Source of the DNA: Podarcis pityusensis
Taxonomy: Eukaryota
Direction: 5' to 3' (one strand)
Assembly (NCBI GenBank): GCA_964106645.2
Contig: OZ067045.1
DNA: 64,000 bases
Shown: positions 13,491 through 25,280 of the stretch, piece by piece
How the letters are laid out: every line of letters begins with the position of its first letter
Position numbering within the stretch: position 1 is the stretch's first letter
Program-made: the position numbers and the translations under genes
Notes under the pieces: generated by a model
Databases searched by the model: none
What the model saw: only the letters and a program-made list of their open reading frames with translations
What the model was told of the DNA's origin: nothing

Positions 13491-13649
13491 CTCAAACCTG
13501 CTGATGGCACGTCACTTCAAATCCCTGTAGGACATTGCTAAGCAGTTTCTGGTAGTTGCCAAACACCTTAGAACCTAGTGAAACTCCATAGCACAATCCC
13601 ATAAGACAGCAGTAGATCCCTAGTACCACCTTCTGGAATGATTTGGTAT

Positions 13650-13952
13650 TAGGGCTGTGCTTGCTCCCCCCCCCCCCCGTCTTGTAGGGGTCTGTTTCCC
13701 CAGTGTGTTTCCTTTGTTGGAATTCACTGGTGAACCGGATCCCTGCGGCCAGCTGGATTGAACCCTCTGCTCATCTGATGATGTGCCCATCTGATGCCAG
13801 CCCCCTGACAGTCTTGGATTACTCTAGGCAGCCTAACCCAACCTGAGTGATCCGGGTTTGTTACCACCCAATTTGGTTTAAGTCTGGAACCTCTCAAATT
13901 GGCTGATTCAGTTCAGACTTCAGGCTTTGGCCAAATCTGATGCACAGCGCTA
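13650..13952. mobile_element. Old hAT-like non-autonomous DNA transposon
   Basis: TIRs tagggctgtgc and gcacagcgcta, flanks tttggtat and ttgggtac (6/8). One end recurs in the opposite orientation at about 8760-8850. Confidence 0.65.
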
Positions 13953-14721
13953 TTGGGTACATGGTCTCAGTCTTGCAGTATGCAGGCATCTGGAATGGCT
14001 AAGGATCATATAATGGAGATGATAGAATGTGATGTTTGGCACTAATTTCATATCCAGCACAGATTCCTGTGCATTGCTCAAATCAGACCACCTCTGTGGG
14101 TTTTGCCAAGCCTTTCCACCTCTCATCTGCAGGAATCAAGTACTTATTTCTTCTTATCTATGTGCATAAACACATGGTCCTTAAAAGAAAATGCAAGAAG
14201 CACACATGACCCTGTAATGGTAATGTAATTTTCTTCATTGTGTGGGGAAAGAACAACAAGCACTTTCAATTTCCAGCTTTTAATTAACAAAATAGTTTGT
14301 AAGAGAGGTAGAGTTGGGGGCAGAGGGAAGAAATGACTTTTAATTAGAAACATCTGATCTCATGGTATGCCCTCAACTGGGCTGGAAGTGTGGCCAAAAA
14401 CCAGAAGCTTTATCTCAGCCTAAAGGACATTCCTCTGATGGAGGGGGTTGGAAAACACCCTTTGTGGGATAGGCTCAGGCACTTCAAAGACTCCGTAAGC
14501 TGTAGCAAAATTCTCTCTCTTTCTTACAATGTGGTTCAACTTTTGGGATCTTGAGGCAGTGGTTCAGAGCTCTGCCAGCACCCCTCATCCCCTGCCTTAA
14601 CTGAAACCTCATAGATTTGCAGAGGCAAGGGGAAACAGCTTGTCCTGAAACAGTGCTAGAGAACAGCAGTAGAATCAGGGAGGTACTATCTGACACAACA
14701 GTGATGGGAAACCTCAGGCCA

Positions 14722-14964
14722 AGAGGATGGACTGAATTCAGACAAATTCATGGAAAATAAGTCTATCAATGGCTACTAGTCACGTTGGATATGCTATCCT
14801 TCCACAGCAATGCTTCTGAATATCTACTGCTGGAAACCACAGGTGGGGAGAGTGTTCTTGCGCTTGGGTCCTGTTTGTGGATGTCCCAACTTGGTTGGTC
14901 TCTGTGAGAACAGGATGCTTCAACAGATGGGCCTTGGGCCTGCTCCACCAGCCTCTTCTTATGA
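14722..14964 (+). mobile_element. Old CR1-type LINE 3' fragment
   Basis: gacaaattcatggaaaataagtctatcaatggctactag (DKFMENKSINGY*) plus 3'UTR. Confidence 0.75.
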
Positions 14965-16014
14965 TTTTGTCCCTATTGTGAATACTAGTGCCTGGAGAAC
15001 AACATCAGGAGAGGGCTGTTACCTTAAATATCCTTGCTTGTGAACTTCCCCATGGTATCTGGCATGTGAGCCAGAAAGGCTCTTCTCATTTGCTCAGAGA
15101 GAGAAAATCTGCAATGGACATGCACAAAGTGTTGGCCACACCCAATCTGGACTTTGATCTTCAAATTCTGTGTGGGTCAGGGGGATACTTTCCAGGCTGA
15201 GGGTCACATTCCCTTCTGGCAACCTTCTGGGGTCTGCATGCCAGTGGTGAGTAGGGCCAGAGGTGAGCATGGAAGGAGCTAAGCATCAAACACAAACCTC
15301 TCTGTCCTCCATCCAGGCATGCAAGAGGCATTATCAGCATTCAAGCACACATTCTAGCCAGCTTGGGGAGAGGCGGGGTCATGTCTTGGGGAGGGGTGTC
15401 ACCTTGGGAGACTTCTTGGAGCCAGACTGAAGTACCTGGAGGGATGCATTTGTCTCTTGCACCAGAGGTTCCTCACCCTTTCTTTAGATGTTTCACTTTG
15501 AATGATGCCATTCAAGTTGGGGTGATCATAATGTAGAAGTGTTTTGGGGAGGGAAAGAGTTCCATAATTCATCATGGCTCCATATTAAAAAGAGTACTTT
15601 CTCTCTCTCTAATTATCACTCTGATTACATTTTTTTAAAGTAAAAAGAATCTATCAAAGCTAACAGGACTCAGAAGATTTGAGAAAGTAAATACCATATG
15701 CAAATTTCATTTCCCATTTCAGCTGGAGACCAGAGTTAGTATTTCGAAAGTTGATTAGGAAGCCCCACTCCCTTGATACAGGATTTCCTCCCTATCAGTC
15801 AGATGGAATATTTTGCAGTTTCAACAAAAATAGGACTTAACATATATATTAGCAAGAGGTGAAGCTGTTGTACCCCAAACAGGCAGAATTGAGCAACCCT
15901 GGAGTCCATTTCAGGCATTCTAAAATCCCTCACACAGTGAGAGGCAGCTGTCGTGAGCACGGCATCACAGCCTTGCTCCATCACTCTCAAAAGCTGGAGG
16001 GATAACTTCAGGAG

Positions 16015-16218
16015 TGTGAGAGCCAGTGTGGTGTAGTGGTTAGAGTGCTGAAATAGAACCTGGAAGACCAAGGGTCAAATCCCCATTCAGCCATGAAGCT
16101 GACTCGATGACCTTGGATCAGTCTCCAGCTCTCATTTTAACCTACCACACATGTTTGTTAGAAGGGAAGGTCACATATGCCACCTTGAACTCCTTGGAGG
16201 AAAAGCGGGATATAAATG
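16015..16218 (+). mobile_element. MIR/Ther1-related tRNA-SINE (Squam3-like)
   Basis: Head gagagccagtgtggtgtagtggttagagtg, B-box ggtcaaatcc, CORE-like tgaccttggatcagtc, and L2-like tail gcgggatataaatg. Confidence 0.7.
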
Positions 16219-16221
16219 TGC

Positions 16222-16237
16222 AGAGAGAGAGAGAGAC

Positions 16238-16269
<32 letters not shown>
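16222..16269. repeat. (AG)n microsatellite
   Basis: Seen directly. Confidence 0.95.
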
Positions 16270-16273
<4 letters not shown>

Positions 16274-16330
16274 GCTGCTACATTTTGGGAGGCTCACTGT
16301 GTGATTTAGAAATCAGTACTAAACCCATGG

Positions 16331-16702
16331 AGGGATGCGGGTTGGCGCTGTGGGTTAAACCACAGAGCCTAGGACTTGCTGATCAGAAGGTCGGCGGTTC
16401 GAATCCCTGTGACGGGGTGAGGTCCCATTGTTCGGTCCCTGCTCCTGCCAACCTAGCAGTTCGAAAGCACATCAAAGTGCAAGTAGATAAATAGGTACTG
16501 CTCTGGTGGGAAGGTAAATGGTGTTTCCGTGTGCTGCTCTGGTTCGCCAGAAGCGGCTTAGTCATGCTGGCCACATGACCCAGAAGCTGTTTGCGGACAA
16601 ACGCTGGTTCCCTCGGCCCTAGAGCGAGATGAACGCGCAAGCCCAGAGTCGGTCATGACTGGACCTAATGGTCAGGGGTCCCTTTACCTTTACCTTTACC
16701 TT
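16331..16702 (+). mobile_element. Sauria SINE, full length
   Basis: A-box tggcgctgtggg, B-box ggttcgaatcc, (ACCTTT)n tail, and a perfect 14-bp TSD tactaaacccatgg (16317-16330 and 16703-16716). Confidence 0.92.
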
Positions 16703-17658
16703 TACTAAACCCATGGGTGGAAATATTACTATTAAGCTAGGACCATCAGCTCTTAGCTGCAGAGGCCTACTGAAATTGCTTCTACACAGGGCCTTTCCTT
16801 ATGTGTAGCTCAGCCACTGGTTATTGTACACCCCAGCACAGAGGTTGACTTATAAGTATTTTTGTGCTGTTTTAGGAATGTGTTACATTCAACACCTGGA
16901 TTCTTTAGTTATTGTGAAGTATAGAAACCAACCAAACAACCAATAAATCTTTTGACCGGAGTGAATCAGATCCAAGTCCCTAAATACATGCATTCATACA
17001 CCATTCATAATATCTTATCCAATAACAATACAAAAAAAACACACCAAGAATAAAAGTATAAGCAACAATAGCAACAATATCTGCTATATATTTTGGAAAG
17101 TAGTTTATCTGTCTTTCTATCTATCTGTCTGGCTGACTGACCATCTGTTCACTATAGGTTTGGATGTGTCTTGAGATATCATTGTCAAACCCAGCACAGG
17201 GGATTCCAAGGTGGGGGCAGCGGTCTTCATTAATGTTTGCATGCCGGGCGCCATTTTGAATTAAGATAGCAGACCAAACCATGGCTTTGCCTGGTTTTTG
17301 GTGTGATGAGTTCAAATTCACTTATTGCACGATCTAAAAACCCATGCTGATATTTCTAGGTTTCTACAAATTCCCAGGCAATTCTGGGCATTCCCTGCTA
17401 AGCAATACTTGAAATATGGACCATTGGAAAGATATAAGGACCAGCCCCCAAAGAGCTACAGTATCAGGGTTGTCTCTTTTGGGTAAATTCCTTAATAAAA
17501 GGCTTCATCATCACAAGCAGTCTGAAAGAGATGTGATTTTTAAAGCCTGCTTTAAAAAGTCATAGTGTTGGCTTTGTTCTCACCTCTGTGGTGAGGAAGT
17601 TCCTCTGTTTAAGGGGCCACTCCAGATGAGGACCTGTTTTTAGTGCCTGTCTCTAGTT

Positions 17659-17796
17659 CAGTTGTGGGGAACCTTTGTCCTTCCAGATGTTGCTGGTGTC
17701 CAACTCCCATCAGCCCCAACCAGCGTAGCTACAGTCAGGGATGATGGAAGTTGTAGTCTAGCAGCATCAGGAGGGCCACAGGTTCCCTCATCCAGA
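17659..17796. mobile_element. hAT (Charlie-like) MITE, same family as 4685-4812
   Basis: ggggaacc...ccttccagatgttgctg and gcagcatcaggagggccacaggttccc, preceded by ctctagtt. Confidence 0.75.
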
Positions 17797-18077
17797 TACA
17801 CAGGCATTTTCTTTGCTCTGTTCATCTATAGAGCCTAATCCTGCAAAGCTTAACCAGGAAGAGAGGCCATGAGAGGGGGCAGGGAGAAAGGTCAATAGGA
17901 CTTTGGGCTCTGTCAATCCACTGGGATTTGGGGCATATTGGATTAAAAAGCCTATATAATGCAAAACATTTTCTCAATTATATAAAATTCTTGCCTGCTT
18001 TAAGGAACTTGGCATTTCAAACGAATCCAGGGGCTTAAACACCTCTCCCATCTGGAAGGGAGATTGTGCCCTTGTAG

Positions 18078-18079
<2 letters not shown>

Positions 18080-18111
<32 letters not shown>
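18080..18111. repeat. (TA)n microsatellite
   Basis: Seen directly. Confidence 0.95.
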
Positions 18112-18114
<3 letters not shown>

Positions 18115-20119
18115 TGCTTCTGTTACAGAAAGCATCTTGTCTCTTTTACTGAGAAAGCATGATTCATTTCACAGAAATTCTCATCTGCTATTAATCTTTC
18201 AGGATATAGTTAGTGTTCTGATATTTTTTTCCAGATATTGTTTTATAGAGGGATTTGAAGTAGCTTTCCCTAGGCAGCCTGAAAGATTATTCAGTGATTA
18301 TAAGCAACTCAATACTGTATGACAGCATCTTCATGCAAGGGACTTACAATCATGTTTCATTAATTCAGCTTGAACGAAGCCTCATTTTGGGCCTTGAGGA
18401 GCTTAAGATTTATGTGAAATTAATAACATAACAGATGTCTTCACAATTTGGTTCCTTCAGAAAAAAAAGGAGAAGGAGAAGGAGACCCTGATTACTTTGA
18501 AAACTTCAATGCTTTAAAATGCAGACTGAGGGAGTTGTCACTCTTGGGTAAGGGAGTTACTCCTTTCTATCTGCCATCCCTCTGAACTGAATAGAATTTA
18601 AATGTCAGCTTTATATGAAATAGCCCAAATAGTCATTATTGCCTACAATAAACAAGCAATCAAAAGCTATCACTTCCATTAATAAGTGACATCGGACATT
18701 TTAACTAAAACACAGGGAGATCAAACCTCCACCTTTTGATCTGCAGGTGGGAACAGGGCAAGAGGGAAGTAGACAAGGAAGAATATTCAGGAATTGGATT
18801 TCCCACTGTCCTTTGTTGCTGATAATTTAATCATATTTTCCTCATAGGAAAACAAAATATATCTGAGTTGACACAAAAATCTCCACTTTATAAGAGAGCC
18901 GAAAGCCTCTCTTGTGGATGTCTCTGCCTAAGGCCAAGTCTCTTCTTTTCTTCCTTTTCTTCTTTATTTTAAATCCAAAGGATAACTTTAAGCACTGGGT
19001 TTTTCAAAAGTCAATTCTTTTATCTGGGCACAGGGAACACTAGGTGCCCTGCAAGCTGCATTTAAACACATTCGTGTGCTCCCAGTTATCTCAAAGGAAA
19101 CTGACTATGTGTTTATCTCCCGAAGACCAAATAATAACAGTAATTGAAATGAAATGGGAGAGGGTAAAATAAATAAAACGTTTTCACTTTGCTTCCCACC
19201 CCGCTCCTTTAAAAAATACAGAAAGGAGATCCAATATGCTAAGGGCGCAGGGGAACAATGTCTTCTTAAAATTCAAATAATTTGAGTGAAGCTGATAGGA
19301 GGGGAAGAAAGTCATTTGAGATGGTCTGATATGCAAAGCAAGTTACATTAAGGGCCTGGGAATGGAGACGGCACTGAGTATTATGGTTAAAGGCAGTGTC
19401 GGCGAAGTAATAAAAATTAGTCCATTTGATTGTTGTGGACACGGTTCATGCGCTAGCTCCACATTTCTAATGAGGCAGCCCCTTCATCACCACCACCACC
19501 CCTTGTTTCTTGCAGCCCACCCTGGGCATCTTGACTGAGCTGCTACTCCACTCTGCCAAGAGGTAAGAGTGCAGAGAGATAAAGGCAAGGAATCAAATGC
19601 TTTTAATGGGAATAATAAAACCCAAAACATAGTTGTCCCCCCATCTGAGGACCACAGGAGGAAATATCATTAGCATTTGTTGGAACAGACAAAGCAATGA
19701 CTTCTGAACATGATTCTCTCTCTCTCTCTCAAATTAATACCAAGGAATTCCTTAGGCATACAGAAATGCACTCATCTAGCAACTCAATAATCAAAAGCCT
19801 ATGGTAAACTCCGTGTCCATTGCTTGAGATGTTTGGAAACAGTGCTGTTCCAGAGATGACATGCTTGTTCCACGCTGAAAAAAACCCCATCCACCATGCA
19901 TATGAATGGGTGGGTGGAGAGAATCCTTTTTTTTAAAAAAAGTCCTTCTGGGCAAATGTCTGGGGGCCACATGCCTGTGGAGCATGTTTCAGGGAGCCAG
20001 AAACAAATGCAGTTGGAGGAATAAAGGCAAATGTTAGCTTTGTACGCTATGCTGGTTTCAGCACAGCTGCCCTGCCCCTCTGTGTCCTGCATCAAGACAG
20101 GCAAGAGGGATGGACATAT

Positions 20120-20555
20120 TCCAGCCTAAGATCTCCCACTGAGCTTCCTGGCCAAGTAGGGATTTGAATCCTGATTCAACACTCAGGGGTGGAGGAAGGG
20201 GGGTGCGGTAGGTGCGGGCCGCCCCGGGTGTCACCACTGAGGGGGGTGACAAAATGCCAGGCGGCACTCACTGTGGTGCCTGCAGTGTGCCTGAGCCACA
20301 TGTCTCTCGTGGGAGAGACGCGGTCGCTTGGGCACATGCAGGCTCTGTGCCACCCAAACGGTCCACCCACTGCCTCCCCCCCGCCTGTAGGGCACCTGAG
20401 TGGGAGGAGGCAGGCAGACTCCGGGGGCCCCACAGTGCGCCCCACAGTGTGCCCCTATGGGTGGCTCGCACCGCCCCTGGGCGCACCGCCCCAGGCACCC
20501 GAGCAGCTTCCTCCACCGCTGTCAACACTTTAACCACTATGCCACACTGTCTCCC
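20120..20555 (-). mobile_element. MIR-like SINE interrupted by a hAT MITE
   Basis: The reverse strand gives head gagacagtgtggcatagtggttaaagtgttga and continues atcaggattcaaatccc beyond the insertion. Confidence 0.6.
20184..20521. mobile_element. GC-rich hAT MITE
   Basis: 15-bp TIRs caggggtggaggaag and cttcctccaccgctg (14/15). Perfect 8-bp TSD tcaacact (20176-20183 and 20522-20529). Confidence 0.9.
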
Positions 20556-20987
20556 CAGCATAGTCTAACCACCACATGAATTTTGTGCAAGCAAACCAGG
20601 ATGGCTGCTGAATAAACAGGACTTCTGGAGGAATTCAGACACACCTTTTGAAGTCTTGGCCTCTAGCCAGACAACAGAAAGGAGTTTGCTTTGTTTCAGG
20701 AGGGCCTTTGAGGGTATGCTAATTTGCTGCCACCCACCTTTTGTCGGGTGGGGGTGGGGGAGAAGCTGAAAGAAATTAGGAGAGGAATTTTAACAGCACT
20801 TAGCAGCAGTGCTAACCGTGTTCTTGCTCAGAAAAGGCAGGTCCGTGATGGGCAATTTCATCCAACTTGGCAGGAGGAAGTCCCAGACCACTAAATCCAT
20901 CTGCCAAATAGCATTCCCAGTCCCACCAGTGATGCAGTTAAATGGGTAAAGGTTCATAGGAAAGGATGGTCTTATGAGAATACCTCG

Positions 20988-21055
20988 ATGATAATAATAA
21001 TGATAATAATAATAATAATCATAATCATAATAATCATAATAATCATAATAATAAT
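20988..21055. repeat. Imperfect (ATA/ATC)n microsatellite
   Basis: Seen directly. It explains the poly-Y/D ORF 20790-21077. Confidence 0.9.
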
Positions 21056-21074
21056 GCCTGTCAAGGCTATATTC

Positions 21075-21332
21075 CATGAACTCTGGAATTTGCTTCCATG
21101 GCAGGCACTGATGACCACCAACTAGGATGGCTTTAAAAGAAGATTATACAAATTCACAGAGAACAAGGTTATCAGTGGCTATCATCTGCTGTCAGAGAAG
21201 CAGTATGCATCTGAATATCAGTTGATAGAAACTGCATGAAGCGAGAGTTGTTGTTGCACTCAGGTCCTCAGTTGTTGTTGCACTTGTAAGCATCCGGTTG
21301 GATGCTGTGAGAGCAGGACGTTTGACCAGATG
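21075..21332 (+). mobile_element. Old CR1-type LINE 3' fragment
   Basis: ggatggctttaaaagaagattatacaaattc... with a tatgttcttatg tail. Confidence 0.75.
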
Positions 21333-22296
21333 GGCTTTTGCCCTGATTCAGCAGAGCTCATATGTTCTTATGTACATACGCCCATATAGCCAATTACAAA
21401 GTTACATTTAGGCTCTGTTTAATGCTTGTTCCATTCATTTTAAGAGTATGAAACTTAAGCACAACTGAGCAAACATTTGCCTGACTATTCAGAAGTGCAG
21501 AATAAATGTGGAATGTGCCCTATTTAATCTCCTTACGCTGAAATCCACTGAGCAAAATTATAATTTGATATGGCTCAACTTAGCCAATAGAAACTCATAA
21601 AATGTCTTAACATCATAATACATTGTACAAAAGAATCGCTAAGCACCATAAAGCATATGGGAATATGGGTCTGTATTCCTCTATTACAGTCTGCCAGCAC
21701 CGCATATTAAAATGATTTCTGTTTAAGTGCAAGGCTCCCCGAGGAGTATCCCAGCCTTAATTAAAATGTCTATATATATATATATATAAGGCAAAAGTCC
21801 ATAGGGGACTTCATTTTGTTTTTAACTCTTTCAGACAGCTCTTTCTTAACTCATTAATTCCACTTCCCAACTTTGGGGACAATTAAAAGGAGGAGTGTCT
21901 GCGAAGCTTTCTTTCTTAATTAAATGGTGTTATAATGAATGCAGACGTATACCAGGAGGCACTGAGCAGCTGGTGCATTGAGCAGGGGTTGCCCCCTGCA
22001 CTCCCAGAAGGAGTCTCATGCCTTTAACAACTCTATAGCATAGGTCTGTATCCATAGCTATTAGTCATGATCATGCGTGGAGCATCCAGGGTCACAGGCA
22101 GTCTACCCCTGGATTCCAGTTGCTGGAGAGCAATAATAAAGCAGGTTGTGGTCATTGTGTCCTGATTGTGGGCTTCCTATCTGGTTGGCCATTGTGAAAA
22201 ATGGGATGCTGGACCAGATGGATGTTTGGTGTGACCCAGGTATTCTGGTGCTCAGGCTGGAACATCACAACTTCAGCTTCTCCAGAGAGAAATGCA

Positions 22297-22478
22297 GGGA
22301 TAGATCTGTAGCTCAGCAGTAGAGAATCTGCTTTGCATGCAGAAGGTCCCAGGATCAAGCCTTGGCATCTCCAGGTAGGGCTGGGAATGGCTCCTGGTCT
22401 AAAATGCTGGCATGGAAATTACTGAGCTAGATAAACTAAGGGTCTGACTCTATATAATGCAGCTTCTGGTGTTCCTAT
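22297..22478 (+). mobile_element. tRNA-derived SINE with CR1-like tail (Squam2-like)
   Basis: tRNA-like head ctgtagctcagcagtagagaatctgctttgcatgcagaaggtcccagg, and 3' part gagctagat...ggtctgactc...gcagcttc...gttcctat. Confidence 0.75.
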
Positions 22479-22889
22479 AGCAAAAAACATGTAGCTTTCC
22501 ATCCATTCCAGGCACAGAACCACTATCAAGTGGCAACCCCATAAACTTCCGCTTTGCCCGGGTCTGTAACTTCAGAGTGTCCACAAAGATCACTCTCATC
22601 ACCATTCCCACTCAGAGCAAACTCAAGCAATGCCTATCAGTTTGTCAGAAAAACAGGATCACCCCAAAATAAAGTAGTGGCTTCCATACCCTCAAGGGAC
22701 ACCCTAGGTATGAAGAAATACATACATTTTTTGGATTTAATGAAAATTGCATTTTAAGGCTGCATGGCTTGGGAGTCATCTGAGCACACTGATGACTTTA
22801 TCTTGCTTCTCAATGGTTCTGATTTGCTTGACACCCAAACATCTGAGCTCACTATTAGAGGGATGAATCGAGAGCTGCCACAAAATGTT

Positions 22890-22998
22890 GCAGTCAGGGA
22901 GTCTTTTTTTCTAGTCCCACCTGGAGCTGCCATGGATTGAACCTCAGACCTTCTGTACAAAGAGCAGGTGCTCCGCCAATGAGCTATGAGCCTTCCTT
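22890..22998 (-). mobile_element. Squam2-like SINE 5' part
   Basis: Reverse strand reads catagctcattggcggagcacctgctctttgtacagaaggtctgaggttcaatcc. Confidence 0.65.
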
Positions 22999-23838
22999 AT
23001 AGGATGATGATGATGCGTCCACAGCTCAGTTTTGAAATGTGAAGACGTTCATGTAACTGAACCCAAGGCGGGGTTGCCCAGAGTGAACAGTGGGAGATGC
23101 TCTCCCATCTCAGTAGGTAGCTAAGCTGCACTGAAGGAAAGTAGTTAAACAGTTAATTTTTGTTGCCAATCAGCCTCCTGCTGTAATTAATAAAGTTGTG
23201 ACCTTAGTCTAATCCACTCTGGTTGCCTCATTTCATTCTGCCTTCTTTTGCATAAGATGCACCCGGCAACTACATTGATTTGCATTTTTACATTGGTACA
23301 ATCATATATAGGATTACTTCAAGATTGCTCTCTTTTTCGCAGCTTTTTATCAATACGCATGAGTAGACCGAGGAGAAAATGCAAACAAATTGAAGGAAAT
23401 GAACGCTGTGGCAAACTGTACGTGTTCTAATTGCTGGTGTATTTTTTTGGGAGATGTTCTTACTTGACCCAAAATTCATGAGAACTAGGGCAGAGTGATC
23501 TGAGCGGGGGTGTTAAAAAAAAGAGTAAGAAACAGAATAAAGGAAATCCTTTTGTCCCTAACAACAAGTCAGAGATGCCAAGATGTTGAAAGCACTGATA
23601 TCTCACTTTCCAATGAGAAAGTCTCAGGCTCAAAATTTTCAATGCGAATTGGAAAATAGAAATTCCTTCCTTAGACAATGAAGAAATTTAACACAGTTCA
23701 ATCATTTCACCTGCTTTTTTAATGTTGATGGGTGTGTGATAATCCTTATGTTAGCCCAAAAGGTTAAGAATCCATGCAGAATGAGGAGATATTAGTAGTC
23801 AGTAGGCTTGGAAAAGAACCTCAAGGTTGAAAAAGTAC

Positions 23839-24368
23839 TGTTACAGGCTTGGGGCATCCATCAGTCTGGATGATACCTGTGAGTCCCTTTGAAACCAGTT
23901 AATGTGTATCTGTGAGGTTAGAATCAATAAGAGGAAACTGAACCAACCAAACCAGTTCCTTTGTTAAGGTAATGGCAAGTTCAGTACTTCCATTTACATG
24001 TCCAAAGAGGTAGCTCTGTTGCCTTGGAGACAAATGGGTGGGCCTTTTCCCACCTCACCTAGGTGGATACCACATCATCCTCTGATGGAGAATAGCAGGC
24101 CAGAGGGTGGGGGTGGGGGGCTTTTGGCTGATTCTGGAAGCTGGATACACAGAGGCATATCTTGCTTGGTAGTGTACCCAAAGCTGTGCCTTGGGGGCTT
24201 CTCTAGAAACCTGTTGGAATGGTAATGCAATGAGTCACTCCACCCTATGCTTAGGTTGGGTATATGTGTAAATAAAGCCATATATCCTAAAGATACCATG
24301 ATCTCCATTGACCTTTGTTCCAATAAAATCTCATTTATTGAAGATTTTTAAACAGACATTGGGTGACA
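23839..24368 (+). mobile_element. Possible solo LTR (Gypsy/ERV-like)
   Basis: About 530 bp, begins TGTTAC and ends GTGACA (imperfect inverted ends), with AATAAA near 24271. No clear TSD. Confidence 0.4.
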
Positions 24369-24375
24369 ATCTGTC

Positions 24376-24409
<34 letters not shown>

Positions 24410-24992
24410 TATTTATACCCCGCCGACCTTGCTGGGTTTCCCCAGCCACTCTGGGTGGCTCCCAACAGAATATTAAAAGAGAATAAAACATCAAACATTA
24501 AAAACTTCCCTAAATAGGGCTGCCTTCAGATGTCTTCTAGAAGTCAGATAGTTGCTTATTCCCTTGACATCTGAAGGGAGGGCGTTCCACAGGGCGGGCA
24601 CCACTACCGAGAAGGTGCTCTGCCTGGTTCCCTATAACCTCACTTATTGCAGTGAGGGAACCACCAGAAGGCCCTTGGAGTTGGACCTCAGTGTCCAGGC
24701 TGAATGATGGGGGTGGAGACGCTCCTTCAGGCATACTGGACCGAGGCCGTTTAGGGCTTTAAAGGTCAGCACCAACACTTTGAATTGTGCTCGGAAACGT
24801 ACTGGGAGCCAATGTAGGTCTTTCAGGACCAGTGTTATGTGGTCTCGGTGGCCCCTCCCAGTCACCAGTCTAGCTGCTGCAGTCTGGATTAGTTGCAGTT
24901 TCCGGGTCACCTTCAAAGGTAGCCTCACATAGAGCACATTGCAGTAGTCCAAGTGGGAGATAACTAGAGTATGCACAGCTCTGGTGAGACAG
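24376..24992 (-). mobile_element. L2 LINE, 5'-truncated, relatively young
   Basis: ORF 24644-25018(-) has L2 ORF2 C-terminal motifs VISHLDYCN, LQLIQTAAARLV, HIT.VL..LHWLPV..R.QFK. (TAT)n tail at 24376-24409. Confidence 0.9.
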
Positions 24993-25004
24993 GGATTCCT
25001 TAGC

Positions 25005-25083
25005 TGTGATTCCTGCATTGCAGGGGGTTGGACTAGATGCCCCCTGGGGTCCCTGCCAACTCTACAGTTCTATGGTTATATGA
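25005..25083 (+). mobile_element. Short CR1 3' terminus
   Basis: ttcctgcattgcagggggttggactagatg...ccaactctacagttctatg, homologous to the end of the large CR1. Confidence 0.75.
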
Positions 25084-25230
25084 AATGTATAGTGGCAGTG
25101 GGCCCCAATATAAGGAACAAGGAGTTGGCAAACACATGATGTGAGCTGGGCAGATTTATTTTACCAGCCTTGCAGCTGCGTTTTTGCTAGCAAGTGAGAG
25201 TCAGAGCTTTGGGGTTATGACCAGCCTTCT

Positions 25231-25280
25231 ACACACACACACACACACACACACAGACAGAGAGAGAGAGAGAGAGAGAG
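25231..25280. repeat. (CA)n(GA)n compound microsatellite
   Basis: Seen directly. Confidence 0.95.

Noticed and set aside
20176-20568. GC-rich overlapping ORFs suggesting a CpG-island promoter or first exon
   Set aside because: They are bounded exactly by TIRs and an 8-bp TSD, so this is a MITE.
22297-22370. tRNA-like sequences (also at 16015, 16331, 57905 and other SINE heads)
   Set aside because: A/B boxes are present but there is no complete cloverleaf or acceptor stem, and each continues into a shared SINE body and LINE-derived tail.
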